NCBI RefSeq assembly: GCF_009834535.1
Contig: NC_045696.1
Span: forward strand, 68,512,001 to 68,576,000
Reading direction: 5' to 3'
DNA from: Camelus ferus
Taxonomy: Eukaryota
DNA: 64,000 nucleotides
A program made the position numbers and the translations under genes. Under the pieces are notes generated by a model. The model did no database searches, was not told the DNA's origin, and saw only the letters and a program-made list of their open reading frames with translations. The stretch's first letter is position 1. Each line of letters starts with the position of its first letter. This document shows positions 50,140-62,143 of this stretch, one piece after another.

Positions 50140-50680
50140 TCATAAAAATCAGTAAGAAAATCAATTAATAAAGTCAAATGCCAAATGTTATGAATAAACA
50201 ATTCATAAGAAAAGAAGTCCAAGTGACTGGAAAACATTTGAAAAATATTTAACATAATTTAAAAATGAAACCGTTTAAATATGAAACCATAGGATGCTCC
50301 TTTCAGTTTTTCTATTGAGAATTTCAAAAATTAGTAATACTCAGACACTCTCATACAGTGCTAGCAATAATTTAATTAAATCCTTTCTTTAGGGCAATTT
50401 GACAATTCATATCAAGTGCCTAACAGTTAACTATATCCTTAGATCCAACAACTATATAATTTATAATGGGAATATAGAGGCAAGTATAATAATTTATGTA
50501 CAGTGTTTATCACAGTACTACTTAAGAGCAAAAGTTTGGAAATAAGACAAATTTTCACCAATAGGAAAATGATTACATAAAATATTAAAAACAAAGTTTT
50601 ATGTTACTTCAAATCATACTGCTTAAAGAGTATTGAATGATACAGGAAAATGTTCATAGTATAATGTGAAAGGATGGCTT
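50140..50680 (+). mobile_element. L1ME-type ORF2 3' end fragment
   Basis: tatgaataaacaattcataagaaaagaa, cactctcatacagtgct, agggcaatttgacaat, tttatcacagtact...gcaaaagtttggaaa. Confidence 0.65.
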
Positions 50681-50955
50681 CACAGTAAATTTCTTTTGGA
50701 ATTTAAAAATGTAATTCTACTGCATTATGTCTTCCATTGTTTCTGATGGGCAATCTGTTGTACATGTTGTATCACTGTTTGAACTGATTTTCCCTGTTTG
50801 AATGTGAAACTCCAATTTCCAAATTTTTGGCCCCCTATTTGTAGTGTATTGCTTCTTCTCCAGTTGTTTTCAGCAACTTTATTATGATGTACCTGGGCAT
50901 CATTTGAATTTATGTTAGGATTCAGTATGCTTTGGGGTATCATTAAATTGATCGA

Positions 50956-51019
<64 letters not shown>
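50956..51019. repeat. (TCTG)n(TCTA)n tetranucleotide microsatellite
   Basis: Read directly. Confidence 0.95.
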
Positions 51020-51233
51020 CAGATATATTCTTGCCAATGCTTTAAACTTTTCAACGTTATTTCTTCAAAAATTTTGTCTGTGTCATACTCCATCTTCTCT
51101 CCTTCTGGGACTATGATAATATGATTATTAGAACTTTTGGTATTGTCACAGAGGTATCAGAGGATCTGTTTTTTTTTTTTTTTTAACCTTTTACCTTCTG
51201 TTGTTCAGATTGGACTATTTCTATTGACCTATC

Positions 51234-51759
51234 TTTTTTTTTTTTAATTGAAGTACAGTCAGTTACAATGTGTCAATCTCTGGTGTACAACATAATGTGC
51301 CAGTCGTACATATACATACATATATTCACTTTCATATTCTTTTCCATTAAAGGTTATTACAAAATACTGAATATAGTTCCCTGTGCTATATAGAAGAAAT
51401 TTGTTTTTTTTTCTTTTTTTATATATAGTAGTTAATATTTGCAAATCTCCAACTCCCAAATTTGTCCCTTCCCACCTCCTTTCCCCTGGTAACCATAAGA
51501 TTGTTTACTATGTCTTTGAGGCTGTTTCTGTTTTGTAGGTGAGTTCATTGGTGTCTTCTTTTTTCTTTTTTTAGATTCCACGTATGAGTGATATCATGTG
51601 GTAGTTTTCTTTCTCTTTCTGGCTTACCTCATTTAGAGTGATGATCTCCAGGTCCATCCAGGTTGCTATAAATGGCATTATTTTATTATTTTTTATGGCT
51701 GAATAATATTCCTTTGTATAAATATACCACAACTTCTTTATCCAGTCCTCTGTCAAATC
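51234..51759 (-). mobile_element. 5'-truncated young L1 (ORF2 end plus 3'UTR), camelid-type
   Basis: ORF 51571-51756 EDWIKKLWYIYTKEYYSAIK...ATWMDLEII.LNEVSQKEK..YHMISLI.GI is the ORF2p C-terminus; poly-T plus aattgaagtacagtcag; TSD attgacctatctt (51223) / attaatctatctt (51760). Confidence 0.92.
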
Positions 51760-54700
51760 ATTAATCTATCTTAAAGTTCAGTGACTTTTCCTCTGTCATC
51801 TCTATTCTTCTATTGAACACACCCAGTGCACTTTTTATTTGGTTATCGTATGTTTTAGTTCTAAAACTTCCATTTGGTTCTTTTTAATGTCTTCTATTTC
51901 TCTGCTGCAGCTTTCCCTCTCCATTTATTTCAAGAGTGATCACTCTCACTTCTTGGAGCATGGTTAATGTATGGTAATTCCAGCGTTTGTGTCATTTCAG
52001 GTTAGCATCTGTTGAATGTCTTTTTTCTTTGCGAGTCGTTGAAAATTTCCTGGTCCTTCAATGTTGAGTACTTATAGGTTGTGTCCTAGACATGTTGAGT
52101 ATTATTTGAAGACTCTTGGTCTTATGTCCTATGGAAAATATCAAATGTTGATTTCGTTTTGTTTTTTTAAAGCAGGCAATTGATTGAGTTGGGTTTGGGC
52201 CACAAGTTCAAGTTGACTTTCAGAGGCCTGTGGTTCAGATGTCAATTCAGTTTCCAAAGCCATTGCAATGCTGTTTGTGTCTGCCCTGCTGTGTGCCATC
52301 CAGTGACCAATATACAACTTGGGCAGTGCTCCACATTGTAGGTCAGTTCTCAAAGCCTGTGGTATGCATGCATGTGAAGGTTCAGGGTATGCCCAGGAGT
52401 TGATACACAACTTTATGGTGTTACTTCCCCTGTTGGCTTCCCCTGAAGCACAATCTCCTGGGAATTTTCCAGCTCTGAGGATCCCCCTTCCTTGTCTTCC
52501 GGCTAGAAAGCTGAGGCTATTACCTACCCTGCTGTGTACTTTTTGCTACAGACTCCCAGGTCAAGTGGTGAGAGGATTGAGATGGGGAAAGAAAGCCATG
52601 GGATTTCCTCCCATGCTTTTGGCTCAGAGTTTTAGGCGTCTGCTTTACTAACACTGCCGTCATTTCTGCTCTTGGTACAGCTATTACTGCCCCTGCTGCC
52701 ACCATGGTTTTGCCTTAGGGCTGGGGAAATCGACAAAACAAACGTCAATTACAACACCGAAGGGAATTTACACATTCCCTCTGTCTTTCAGGGGCTCCTT
52801 GGGTCAGAAAGAGAGGGGTTCACTAAGAGCTCTTTCTGTTTGCACCTGGCATGCACTCCTGGGTTTGGGGCTATAAAGGCACTGTCAGTCAGCGGTGCTC
52901 TAGTTCCCCAAACTGCTTGCTGGCATCTACTGCTCAGAGTCCTCAGATAGATGCTGCAGGCATGTTGTCTAGTGTGTTAGTTACTTTCAATGAGAGAGAC
53001 AGAGATGTGTGCTTACTTCATCTTATGCAAAACTAGAACTGACTTCTTTAAGGCTACATTTATGTATATATCATCTGCTGTTTATATAGAGTCTGCTGCT
53101 AAATTCTGAATTTACATGGGTGGATATTTATCTGTTTGTCCCTAGCACCAAGCACCAAGTTTGGCACGTAATATGTGTCTTTAAAAGCTCAAATTGAATT
53201 TCTTTCCAACTTTCCTACCCTTGTCCTTAATGAGTATATGTTTTCAGTTATTCTTAATATCATATCTTTAGGAACTCATTTGGTCTATCATACTGCTCTG
53301 GGTAAAGCAAACTGTGACCCAAATGCCCAGCTGCACTACCAGGCACCTCACTTTCTCCCTGGGAATAATTTAAGCAGAAGATGCAGCTCTTCCACCCAGT
53401 GTCCTCTAGATGCCTAGGAAGGCAAAAGTGCTATCAATTTACCAGTATTACTGGTTTCTAGCAGCTTTCTCTTATGAGTAATAAAATGTGACCTTCAATG
53501 CAAAGTGGTCCAAATGGTTATATAGATGGAATTTTTTAAAAGCACTTTGCATCCCCAAACATCAAAATAAATAACTATAAGTGTGAGTCATGTGTTAACT
53601 CATCCATTAGAGGAAGTTAGAAAGAAGCCAAACTAATAAAATCAAAATAATTTGGTCATTAAAAGAAGCAGTGAAAAGTAGCATTTTAAGTGAGAGTTTT
53701 GCAAGGAAGGGGCTGATGTAAAGACACCCAGTCCTGGAGATTTTTTTCTTTTATTATAGAGAACATTAAGGAGAACTTAGTGGAAGGAGGATGATAAAGT
53801 TAGTTTCTCTGTTTTCCTATTCCCTAACACCTTCTCCAATCAAAGAAAATAAATAGATAAAGGATCCCTAATTAATGGCCAAACTGTAGGCTATTTGCAA
53901 TGAGTTTGGAAATCTGTCATAAAATAAATATTAAGACCTTTGTAGCTGTTTACAAGTCTGGCGGCCAATCATCATGAAACCAATTACTTAAATGCTTAGG
54001 TAGCAGGATGTGGAGTTTTTAGGGATCCCCCCCTCCCCTTTTTTTGCTTCTGGCTGTGATTTGTGATATGGAAATGAGAAGTTGTTTTTTTTCTTAATTT
54101 TGTTACCACTCTGCCTTCCCAGCAAGACACTGAATGAACCTAATGCAAGGACCTGAGGATGCCTCATTAGCAGGAGTATTAAAGGGCCTTGAAGAATTGT
54201 TGTAACAGCTAATGGAGATCAGACTGGCTGGGGGGCAATTATTTCTCCCCGAAAACAAAACAAAACATAAAGCCATAGGATTTTTTTCTTGGTGTTTTTG
54301 AGTCATAAGGATCCTTCGAGATACATCTAGGCTAGTTTCCTACATAAGTTTTTAGACCCTTACAAGACCATGAAAGCTATAATAGGGTTCTTAGGCCATT
54401 GTCCTTTTTGATTATTATTTACTTTATTAATTCTTTCAATTACAGAACAATGTAATCATACAAATAAGTCTATGCTCAATATATGTAAAAAAGGTTTAAA
54501 ATATCCTTCAGCCCATAATCTCAAAGTATTTTCTGTATTTTAAATAACCGCAGAGAAGCTGTGCATTTACTTGTAATGAGAAGGCAAAAGCCGTCTGAAA
54601 TATCAAATTTCTTTGCCTTTGACTGGCGCTGCATCAAATTAACACTGTTACACTATCTAGGCAGATGCTGATCCCAAGTTCTAATTGCCAGTTCTGCATG

Positions 54701-55504
54701 CTGTTGTTGAGAACAATTGGGAAGACCTGATTTTTACTTAATTAATAGTTTGGTAGCAAAGTATGAGCCCATATGAGAATTAAAGGGTATTTTTGATGGT
54801 AAAAAGATCCAGAATTTACCATCATTTGCTGCCTGGCCCAGTGTCTGTGGACCTAATCTATTTATATAGGTCCTGACTCACACCCAGGAGGTGGCTCATC
54901 AGCCTCTCCTTCAGAAGGTGGCCCAGTCTGGGGATACAGCTGACAGAGGTAATGGGTTATTGATTTTCATATTGCCATTGAGTAATGATCATATTTGTCT
55001 GCATTCTCATTCTCATGGCAACTATGAAAAAGTAAATTTCTGGATTTAATGGGCTCCAATAGTTATTATCAAGGTGACATTTATGCTTCTGGAGACTGTC
55101 AATTCTCAAATAATGAAATCAAGAACCATCAACCATCAAGCTAGGAGCAGTCTCGACAGTCTCTTTGTTGAATTCCTCCATTTCTGGGCTCCCAGCTCAA
55201 TGCCAGCTGAGCTGAGAAATGGGATATCATGGGTTTTAGAATCCTGCATCATCTTCTTACTAGCTACATTCCCCCTATGTAAAAAGAAGAATACTAACGC
55301 CTATCTTGTAGGGTGGGATCATTATTAAATGAAAAAATTACCATATGAGTTTGGTAAAACCTTTTTTTCCCCCTGGGTGTAAGAATTCCTCACTATGCCT
55401 TCAGCCTTCCTGTATATATCAGACCTGATGTGATTTGAAATCAGCAAAGGAGAAAATGCTGTATTTGCCTCTCTCCAGAGGCAAATTTTTACCAAGGTAA
55501 AAGC

Positions 55505-55785
55505 AGAATTAGGTGGTACTCTTCCATGAAATATTCACAGGTATATTACACAATAAAAAGTTTTTGTGAGCAAAACTTTTGCGAAATGCTTAAATAAGCC
55601 AAGTGCCACAGCTGTCTTTATTTCAGGTATTCTCAGAGTTTTTTCTTTTTTTTAAAGATGGCTTTCTATCACCAATAGGGTGATGTATGAAGTAGTTCCC
55701 AAACTTATTTGACTCTAGAAATATTTTTACATCCAGAATATCGTGTTGGAGTAGAAATAGAAGAAAAGACTTTGGCGAGAATGAT
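55505..55785. mobile_element. hAT-Charlie MER112/113-like
   Basis: gaaatgcttaaat...ttctcagagt...gtagttcccaaacttatttgactctagaa. Confidence 0.5.
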
Positions 55786-55909
55786 CATATAAAATTCATA
55801 TAGTTTGACATTTGCTTGTTCAGCTTGTGTGTGCCTGCCCCAAACAAACTGGGCATTGGCTCAGTCTGCACTGATAAACATTCCACACAACACTGCATGG
55901 ATCCTATAT

Positions 55910-56110
55910 GCTGCATGAATTTACGCAGCAACTTGTCCACAGGCAGCCATCTGGCCTCTGCTTGAATACCTCCAATAATAAGGATCACTGCCTTCCAAGG
56001 TCGCCTCTTCCAGTTTGCACAACTCTTTTGGCTAGAAAGGCTTTTCTTATCCTGAGTGGCCATCTGTCTGCTTGTGATTTTTCTCTATTGGTTATAGTTC
56101 TGCTTTCTGA
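55910..56110 (-). mobile_element. L3/CR1 LINE fragment
   Basis: ccatctggcctctgcttgaatacctcca...actgccttccaagg...tagaaaggcttttcttatcctgag...ttggttatagttctgc. Confidence 0.7.
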
Positions 56111-56159
56111 GTGTATTGTAAATTTCTAAAACTTTACACTATTTTTTTTTCCCTTTTCT

Positions 56160-56569
56160 TTCTTGCTGCCCCAGCATCCCTGAAAATAGGCTGTGAGTAC
56201 TCCCCCTAGGTGACCAGGTGCACCATTGTGATAGGTGGGCCCCTGCCACAAGTTCCCCTTCCTGCCATCCCCTGACTGTAATCTAGTGACAAACGCATCA
56301 CTGAAGTCCCCTTGCACCTTTTCTTGTGTATTCCATCCTGACGCCCAGTAAAGGTGCTTACCCACGGATCCTCACTCTTTCTTGGCTCCCCACCTCCTTG
56401 GTTGAGCTGTTCCTCTGTCTCAGCTTTCCTCCTTCCGTGTGGCCCTTTATGGTGTGCGGTGGTGACTCTGTCTCTCCAGGGCCTGTGAGTATAATAAGCT
56501 TTGTTATCCTGTGTCTCTCCTATGTCCCCTCTTGTGGCCACACCTGACAGACCATCACCTAAAAGAACA
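56160..56569 (+). mobile_element. ERVL-class LTR (MER74/MER54/LTR53 group)
   Basis: gtgtggccctt...ctctccagggcctgtgagtataataagctttgttat...gtggccacacctgac...cacctaaaagaaCA. Confidence 0.65.
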
Positions 56570-56729
56570 GAACTCTCAGCCAGGTTAAGTTTATAATGTG
56601 TTATTACAGAATCAAGCCAAACTTACTGTCCCATACAAGGAGAAACTCCTTTCTCTTCACTCCAACCTCATTTACTCTGGGTCTTAAGCTATTAATGCTT
56701 AGTTTGCCTGAGCCAATTGCCTGCTTTCC

Positions 56730-57110
56730 TTACTTAAAGAACTGCTTGTGTAAGGCATTGTTCCCAATGCTGAAAATAAAGAAAGCCATCAGACATGTCC
56801 TACCCTCAGAAATGCTAACAGTCTCGGGGGGTAGACAGGCCTGCAAAGAGATACTAATGATACAGTGAGATATAATACAGTGAAAGTTGAGGTGCTACAG
56901 GAGCACAGAGGAGGGAGCCACTATGTCTGCTTGGGAAGAGTAGAGAAGACTCCCTAAAGGGGGTGATATTTGATCTGCTTCTTGAAAAATAAACAAGAGT
57001 TTCCTAGGTTGGTAAGGGGGGGAATAGGCATTTCAGAAAAAGATAACATCATGTAAAAGTATATGGGCTCTATTTGGGGAGCTGGGAATCTTGGTAACTC
57101 TGGAATGTAG
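56730..57110 (-). mobile_element. L2 fragment
   Basis: agacatgtcctaccctcagaaatgctaacagtct, ggtgctacaggagcacagaggaggga, ggtgatatttgatctg. Confidence 0.75.
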
Positions 57111-57307
57111 TCAGTATTGAGGCACTACAATTAAAGAAGCAGAGTGAGAGATAAGACAATGTTTTTTGACCCCATGGCCTTCTGCAAGAAATGAGAGAAA
57201 AAAATAGCTATTGAAGGAGGGATCAAGTACACAGGGGAGGGATTAATCTTGGAAATAAGGGGTGAGGTTTTGTAAAGAGTAGAACAAGTTTGGATAAAAG
57301 CTATGAA

Positions 57308-57730
57308 GAGTGAAAGAAGTCAATCTGAAAAGGCTGTGTGATTCTAACTATGTGACATTCTGGAAAAGGCAAAACTATGGAAACAGTTTAAAAATCAATG
57401 GTTCCCAGAGGCTGGGGGAGTAGAGAGATGAATAAGCAGAACACAGAGCATTTTTATGGCAGTGAAAATATTCTATATGAAATTATAATGGAGGGTACAT
57501 GTCACTATACACCTATTCAAACCCATAAAATGTACAGCACCCAGAGTGAACCCTAATATAAGTTATGGACTTTGAGTGATTATGATCAGTTATAGCAAAT
57601 GTACCACTCTGATGGGGGAGGCACGTGTAGGGGAGGAGATAAATGGGAAATCTTTGTACTTTCCTCTCAGTTTTGCTGTGAACATAAAATACTCAAAAAA
57701 AAAAAAATAAAGTCTTAACAAACATTTTAA
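57308..57730 (+). mobile_element. L1MC-type 3' end with A-tail
   Basis: gtgaaagaagtcaatctgaaaaggct...attctggaaaaggcaaaactatgga...agagtgaaccctaat...tatggactttgagtgat...cagttttgctgtgaac followed by an A-run. Confidence 0.88.
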
Positions 57731-58192
57731 AAAGCTGTATATGGAGACTTAGAGTATAAGAGATGGGTAAGTATGCTCAGCAGCAGTGGGGAAACAGCAT
57801 TAATTTGTTTAAGAGCCAGAGACTAGATTTTGGTGCCTTTCTCTGTGGTATCAGTTCAGATAGCAGGTAGGAAGCATTTTGAATTAAGCACAAGAGACAA
57901 AAATCAAAGTAAGACAATGAGGGCAAAAATATTAAATCTGTAAAACATCACATACTCCTAAAGAGCATCAACAACCCCTACTGCTACTACTATTACAAGT
58001 GTAACTTTACTAATAAAGTAAAACATCAGAAGAGGATTCTAGGGTGATGACAATAATATTATTAAATGATTGACCAAGGATCCAGTCGAAATGGAAAGAA
58101 AGTAAGACCAGAACTGGATTTGGTAGACCAAGAGGAGTGGACAACTGTAAATCACAATGAGACAGAAGGCATCATAAAGCAGAACAAGACCC

Positions 58193-58590
58193 AATATTAG
58201 TCAGGATAAGTAAGACTAGTTGCTGTAACACCCTAAGTTCCAGTGTCTTAACACAATAAAGGTTTATTTCCTGCTCAGGGTAAATCTGGTGCCAGTGTTC
58301 AGTAAGATGGATTTCCTCCAGGTGGAAATTCAGAGACCCAGGATCCTTCCATCCAGTAGGTTCTTGGAGTCCTCAACTTGTAGCTGAGCAATTGGCAAGA
58401 GAAAAAAAAATGCAAATCACAAATTAAATGTTAGGGGTCAGTAGGCAGTGGTTTACATCACTTTCACCCATATTTCATTGGCCATATGTTGCTTCAAGAC
58501 ACATCTAGACATATTGTAATTTGTCCCTCTTTGTGTTCACAAGGGAAACAAAATGATTTCCTGCAAACATAGCATTGCCTCTGCAACACA
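58193..58590 (-). mobile_element. MaLR LTR, old MLT1
   Basis: tattagtcaggata...gctgtaaca...cttaacacaataaaggtttatttc...attcagagacccagg...catcactttcacccatatttcattggcca. Confidence 0.7.
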
Positions 58591-58599
58591 AAGCCACTA

Positions 58600-59075
58600 C
58601 CTTCACAATCTAACATAAACAAGGAGACAGACAACCATCGTTATTTCAACAAGACAGTCACAAAGTATGAACTGGGTTCTGTGTGGTTGCATAGGAAAGA
58701 GTGATTAATTCTGGCTGAGTGAGTCCAAAGCATTACTGAAAGATTGGCTTTTAACCTGAGCCCTGAAGAATGCTTGGGAGAATGCAAAGACAGGGAAGAA
58801 AATTCCTTATGGAAAGAGGCACAGTGACCAAAACTCAGAACTTTGGAAAAACATGGCATGGAGGATGAAGCTTTTAAGAGAGAAAAGTTCAACTTACAGA
58901 ATGTGCAGCTAATTTGAGGGTAAAGTGAGACCCAATAAAAGATTTTAAAGCACATGTTTGACATGATCAGACTAAATACTAGAAGAATAGTTTACAAAAT
59001 GTAGAAGTTTGTTTGGAACAGAGCAATGTAAAAGGTTTTGCAGTGGTCTTGGAGAGAAATGATGAAAACTCTGTA
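58600..59075 (-). mobile_element. L2 fragment
   Basis: gagtgattaattctggctga, ctgagccctgaagaatg, gattttaaagca...gacatgatcaga, gcagtggtcttggagagaaatgatg. Confidence 0.65.
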
Positions 59076-60479
59076 ATTTTTCCACCTCTCTTTCCCAGTC
59101 ACTGATGTTAGGCTGTTAACCTGAGCTGAGAGAACTCCATCTTTCTCCAGCTTCTAAGACCCATAACCTCATTCTCATACCTCCTTTAACCTACTCTCTC
59201 CTAAGTAATAGTGGACTTAGCTTCATTTTTTAAAACTTGCCATATTCTTGGTTAAAGTTTACTTTTTATAATCAGAAAGACTATAGAGATTGACCACAGT
59301 GGTGGAATTTCAAGCACTGGAAAAGCTGAAAAGAACATTCATTTTGAAAAGAACTGTCTTTATGTTCTCATGAATAAGGCCGCCTATATGAGATGTCTCT
59401 TTGATTTCTGCGTGTACTATTAACACAAACTGGGTGAACCAACGAGTTAGATTAAACAGATGGGCTTGCTTAGAAAAATCAAAGCTATCATAATTCCCTC
59501 TTTTGAACACCACCACTTTTGTATCCAGCTCTGCCTCAGGAGCAGTGATGGCTTATTTTATGGACTGTACTGTTCCTGGTTATCACTTAAAAACTGTTGT
59601 ATTTTTTTAAACAGTATCAGTTTAGGCCACGATGTCATATCCTTCCCTCCCCAGAGTGTCTCTCATAGGAGTTTGAGCAGTTTACATTGTCAGTATGAAA
59701 CTGGCAAATTACTGACAGCACTGGGGAGAAAAGGGGGATCAAATAGCAAGATCAATGAGACATAACTGAATAACAATATGGTGCCTATTATCTGCTGTCA
59801 ATTAAACTGCCAGCCTTAATTGGTGCTGTCTTTGAAAATGTGGTAAGTAATGACACAAATACATACACTAATAAATGTGAAGCTGGGAGTTTTCTTTTGT
59901 GGTTTTATTTTTTCTTTCCAGTTCTCAGCTCCTTACCCTCTTCTGTCCCCTGCAGACAAATACTGCTATCTATTGTCTAAGAAGAGTGTCATTCAGTCTC
60001 CAAACAGAATTGCTAATTGGACTTTTCTGTAAAAAGGCTTTCAGACTCCCAGATAATAGACTCACTATTAGCTTGGGGTCCTTGTGTGAGTGACTCGGAT
60101 TGACTGACTAAGCTACCGAACCATTTACTATGCATCAGATGTCCAGAAGGCATTATCACAACACTCAAGAACCTTGAGGCTTTAGCCTTATTTCTTTTAT
60201 CTATTACACCAAATATAGGAAGAAAATCAAGTTCTGCAGTATCTATTCAACAGATATTTACTGAATACTTGTTATGAACATTCAAGATAAGATGGGATAG
60301 AAAGTGAAGATAATCAAAACCCTGTCTCTACACAAGGAGCTCATAGCCCAATAGGGAGATATACATATAAACTCCTGGCAGAGATTCTAGGGTAATGGAA
60401 GGATGGGGCAAAGGGGACAGAGACACTTGAAAAAGATAGACTCAACTGGATTATGATCGTTGGTTTTAGGCTAAAAAGG

Positions 60480-60720
60480 TTTTAACCCTTTACTGTGAGT
60501 AGGCACTGTGCTAAGCCTTTTGCATGCAAAATCTCATCTAATCCTCACAACAATGATATGATATGGGAATTATTATTCTTAGATCCAAATGAGAAAATTA
60601 AAGCTCAGAAAGGATAGGCATTTTTGCCAAACTGCAAAAAGGAAGGATTGACCTGGAATAGGTCAGTTTAAATCCAGTCGTTTCTAACTCTACAGCCTGT
60701 CATCCTAGCTGTTGCTGTGC
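60480..60720 (-). mobile_element. MIR SINE
   Basis: aggcactgtgctaagcc...ctcatctaatcctcacaaca...aaatgagaaaattaaagctcaga. Confidence 0.75.
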
Positions 60721-61039
60721 TTCCTCCTGGGATACTGAGGGGAGAGAAGGAGGTTGAGGGGGTACAATGAGGCCGGGGTTTCAAGTCAAAGTGATGAAAA
60801 CAATACTGGTGTATTTCCTGAAATACGAAGCACAGGTTACAGCACCCTTCATATCCAGTTTTCACTGTGCTGGTTCAATTTGGGGCCATGTTCATGTGGT
60901 CTAAGCTAGGTGAATGAAAAGTGGATAAGTTGCCCCGAAAAATTAATGATTCTGTTCATTGTAATTCAGTTTATTTGGGTAAATAGAAGGACCTTAAGCA
61001 GTCTTCCGGTTGAAAATATATGAACCTGGAGAAAAGTTA

Positions 61040-61300
61040 TCTTACTCATTCATTCATTTATAACAAACACTATGTTCTAGGTATTATTCTAATCCTTTTG
61101 TAGATAAAGATTCATTTAATACTCATAACAGCCTCATGACATTGATACTGTTTTCTTCCACTTTACAGATTAAAAAAACTGAGGCAAAGAGAAGTTAAGT
61201 TGCTTTTCCAAGGTCTCTCACCTCCTAAGTGGTATACTTGTATTTAAACCTAGGCAGACCCAGTGGGAATCTACAGTCATAACCACTGAGAACACCACCT
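61040..61300 (-). mobile_element. MIR SINE
   Basis: catttaatactcataacagcc...ccactttacagattaaaaaaactgaggcaaagagaagttaagt. Confidence 0.75.
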
Positions 61301-61968
61301 CTACTTCTAGTTGATGGTGGAATGACCCACAGCTACTGGACTCTTACATGGAGGCTAATCCCTTCTCTAGTTTCTAGAACCAGCCCTGTTCCTTTCTGTT
61401 TTAAGGAGGAACTGGGGCAGCAGCCCAGGCTTGTTCTGCTCTGCCCATGGGTGGGCTGCTTTGGGAATTTGACTCTTCCCTTGCTCCTGTGACCAAGATA
61501 TTTTATTGATTTCATTTTGGGGAACTTTCTCTTCTCATGTTCTGTTCCCTTATGGCAGGAAGAGGCTCTACCTGGATAATTTCCCCAGGAACCAGACCTA
61601 CAAGCCTCAGAACTTTGATGGCAAACCCTAAACAAATGACTGAGCCTCTGCCACCCCCCTTACAGATGCCTCCCGGAGTCCAGAACCTTCCCAGGTTTCC
61701 AATCATTGCCTGCCCCCAGGCTGGTCGTCATGCCCAAGCCAACCTTTGGGGTAATCTCTAATCTCATGGTAGATGTCTTTGATGCCAATTTCTGCCTGGA
61801 TGCCCCCTTGTCGCTTGTCACCATGCTTTCTGTGCCACACCTTCCGAATTGACTCCATTATCTACCCTACTCTCTGCTTTCTCTCCTACCCAGGGGAAAG
61901 ATCTAAGTTCGGGTTTCAGACTCATATAGGTAACTTTTCAGTGTACTACATTTTAAAATAAATGACAT

Positions 61969-62143
61969 GGGAGGGAGCAGGTGTAGGGGGAAGGGAAGAA
62001 GGGATAAATGGGAGAGGGAAGGAGGAGATAAAGAGGAAGGGAATGAAAAAGTAGGGAGATAGAGGGAGGAAGGGAATTAGGGGATATGGAACAGGAATGA
62101 GAGGGTGAGAGAGATGAAGGGAGAAAATTGGGGAATAGAGAAA
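61969..62143. repeat. Polypurine low-complexity tract
   Basis: About 175 bp almost entirely A/G with many GGG runs. Confidence 0.85.

Larger units (their letters stand above)
50720..53040 (-). mobile_element. Old L1M 5' region (ORF1 and 5'UTR), decayed
   Basis: ttccattgtttctgatg, atttcttcaaaaattttgtctg...ccttctgggact, ttctaaaacttccatttggttcttt, terminus ttacttcatcttatgcaaaactagaa. Confidence 0.7.
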
